Positions 25,491 to 27,358 of a stretch of 27,358 bases of DNA are shown one piece after another (the first letter of the stretch is position 1; each line of letters opens with the position of its first letter). The stretch spans positions 1 to 27,358 of the IMG/VR virus record IMGVR_UViG_3300037424_001306. One strand, given 5' to 3'. Both the position numbers and the translations under genes were made by a program. The notes under the pieces were generated by a model. The model was not told the DNA's origin. It saw only the letters and a list, made by a program, of their open reading frames with translations, and did no database searches. Origin of the DNA: a virus (Duplodnaviria > Caudoviricetes).

Positions 25491-27358
25491 TGGTATATGT
25501 TCCACCTTTATGTGATATAGTTGCTTTCAATCTAGGGGGCAACTATTTTCCTCCAATATGTGATTTAATAAATTTCACTTTTGGTATAGATGGTGATATT
25601 GAAATAAATACATCTGATTCTGAGATATTAATAAACTCAGATATCATGAATTTCTTTTCAGGTATGATGATAATACCTGCAAAAGCGACTATACAAATAG
25701 TTTCAGAAGAAAATTTAATAGATATACTTATACCTATAACCATATATGATTCATCAATAAAAATTGAATCATCAGAAATGGATTTAGAAATACTTCCAGA
25801 TATGGTTATATCAGATGCAACAGTTAATATACAATGTAGCGAATCCTCAATAAGATCAACAGAATCATATCACCTACCTTCCAAAAAATCACCAGGAATA
25901 CAATCTGGATGGAAAGAAGGTATAAATACAAGTGTTATTAAAAAAAATCCTTGGGGAATTGGTGAGGATGTATTGCTTAAATTTTCTAATCCTTGCAATA
26001 AGCAAAAACTTATAGACAGGGATTATAATTCTCCATGGATTTATCTAACATCTTATGATAGTCACGTAGCTTCATTGGCAAATACTTTTGAAATTTATGA
26101 TCATTCTACTACTTCTCCATGGATTAGTATAATGACATATTTGGATCATCAAAAAAAGTTTTCAACTGCTGGGCATATTGTTAATGTTGATTGGACATTT
26201 AAAATTCCATATAACGAGCCTGGAGCCAATGATACGCTTAAAAGAAATTCCTGGGATACTGCAAAAGATTATGATTGGCATATAAGTATTCCATATGGTG
26301 AGCCTGGAGGGAAGGATACTCATAAATTTGTTCCATGGGGTCCATTTAGTTATTTTACACTATGTAATGGTGGCAAATATTATTCTCCACTTCCATGTGC
26401 GATAAATTTTAACTTTCCAAATAAATATCCATTGGTTTCAAATATTTGTGAAGGTATTAGATTCAATGTTAATACTTATGCTACTGATACAAGATGTCCA
26501 TATGAGTCGTGGCATGGTGGAAATAGAGACAAAGGAAGTGGAATAGTTGTTACCCCACGTTTAGAATATCCATTAAGAAAGAAGGTATATTATATGTTTA
26601 ATACAGTTTTTGTAGAAGAGGTTATAACAAAAACTCCTATTGAGGTTTTACATGTCGATGCAAAAATAGATAGAAATAGCTGGTTATGGTCATTTAATAT
26701 AACTATTGCTGCAAAATGCTATCTTGATTTGATAAAACCAATCAATGGAGTTATGGGTCATGTAAAAATTAATATGAATGGGTACATATGGTTCTGCACA
26801 GTAGAAGGATGGTCTGAAAATAGGTCATTCGGTACTCAGGCATGGACTATAGTTGGTCGTTCACCCTCTATGATGTTTGGAGATCCAATAGGAGAAAAAA
26901 ATAGTGGCGTAATAAGTATTGCAAAACAAGGTCAAACAATTATAGAAGAATTGGTACAGGCTAAACAATTGCCTCCTAATTGGCCTATAGACTTTCAGGG
27001 ATGGACGACAGATTTTAGTCAATATAATGTTAGTGGAAAAGTAGTAACTGGATTCAAACCATCTTCGGATTGGTATTTACCTGCAGATACTGTTAACTAT
27101 ACAGACAAAACAGATATAGAAATTATCAAAGATCTTACAACATCTATTGGTGCATATGTCCAAACAGAGCCAGATCAAAATAAGCTAACAATTAAACCAA
27201 TGTATGCTCATCAACCATGGAATTGGAATGTAAGTAATTCTGATATAGAATGGATTGCAATGGATGAATCACAGATCATAGAAATGGGAAGATCAAATGA
27301 ATTAAAACCATATTACAAATCAATAAGTGTTGTTGGTGAATCAATCGGTGGATATAAT
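25490..27358 (+). CDS. Tail hub/baseplate-type protein (3' truncated; absent from the ORF track)
   Basis: ATG overlaps the upstream TAA; open to the window end (623 codons): MVYVPPLCDIVAF...KKVYYMFNTV...IDRNSWLWSFNI...INMNGYIWFCTVEGWSENRSFG...GRSPS...PWNW. Confidence 0.8.
   Translation, partial: MVYVPPLCDIVAFNLGGNYFPPICDLINFTFGIDGDIEINTSDSEILINSDIMNFFSGMMIIPAKATIQIVSEENLIDILIPITIYDSSIKIESSEMDLEILPDMVISDATVNIQCSESSIRSTESYHLPSKKSPGIQSGWKEGINTSVIKKNPWGIGEDVLLKFSNPCNKQKLIDRDYNSPWIYLTSYDSHVASLANTFEIYDHSTTSPWISIMTYLDHQKKFSTAGHIVNVDWTFKIPYNEPGANDTLKRNSWDTAKDYDWHISIPYGEPGGKDTHKFVPWGPFSYFTLCNGGKYYSPLPCAINFNFPNKYPLVSNICEGIRFNVNTYATDTRCPYESWHGGNRDKGSGIVVTPRLEYPLRKKVYYMFNTVFVEEVITKTPIEVLHVDAKIDRNSWLWSFNITIAAKCYLDLIKPINGVMGHVKINMNGYIWFCTVEGWSENRSFGTQAWTIVGRSPSMMFGDPIGEKNSGVISIAKQGQTIIEELVQAKQLPPNWPIDFQGWTTDFSQYNVSGKVVTGFKPSSDWYLPADTVNYTDKTDIEIIKDLTTSIGAYVQTEPDQNKLTIKPMYAHQPWNWNVSNSDIEWIAMDESQIIEMGRSNELKPYYKSISVVGESIGGYN

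Larger units (their letters stand above)
1..27358 (+). mobile_element. Tailed phage/prophage (siphovirus-type) head-neck-tail structural module
   Basis: Co-oriented, tightly packed genes in canonical order: scaffold, capsid, neck, tube, chaperones, tape measure, tail tip. No sheath gene. No att site or integrase in the window, so free phage versus prophage cannot be decided. Confidence 0.96.

Noticed and set aside
842-25743. Minus-strand and short alternate-frame ORFs in the track (e.g. 842-1159, 1658-1975, 8530-8856, 20223-20549, 25543-25743)
   Set aside because: They overlap long + strand genes and have no recognisable motifs; they are best explained as shadow ORFs.

Overview
The whole window is the virion morphogenesis operon of an AT-rich, long non-contractile-tailed (siphovirus-type) phage or prophage, with all real genes on the + strand. 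Gene order: scaffold (5' truncated), P22-gp5-like major capsid protein, neck genes, tail tube, tail assembly chaperones joined by a -1 frameshift (A AAA AAC at 5435-5441), a 2230-aa tape measure protein, distal-tail protein, a decayed GIY-YIG endonuclease remnant, tail-tip proteins, a 2283-aa multi-lectin adhesin, and a hub-like gene (25490 onward) that runs off the end and is missing from the ORF track. The most unusual part is the adhesin. A DUF2341-like scaffold domain appears split by three inserted passenger domains. One of these is a four-unit Kelch-like array whose DNA is identical except for non-synonymous changes in two loops, and the loop variants occur in all four combinations, suggesting diversification by recombinational shuffling. 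The capsid gene also has its own promoter and a structured leader with competing helices. Family assignments come from motif recognition and synteny; no database searches were run.
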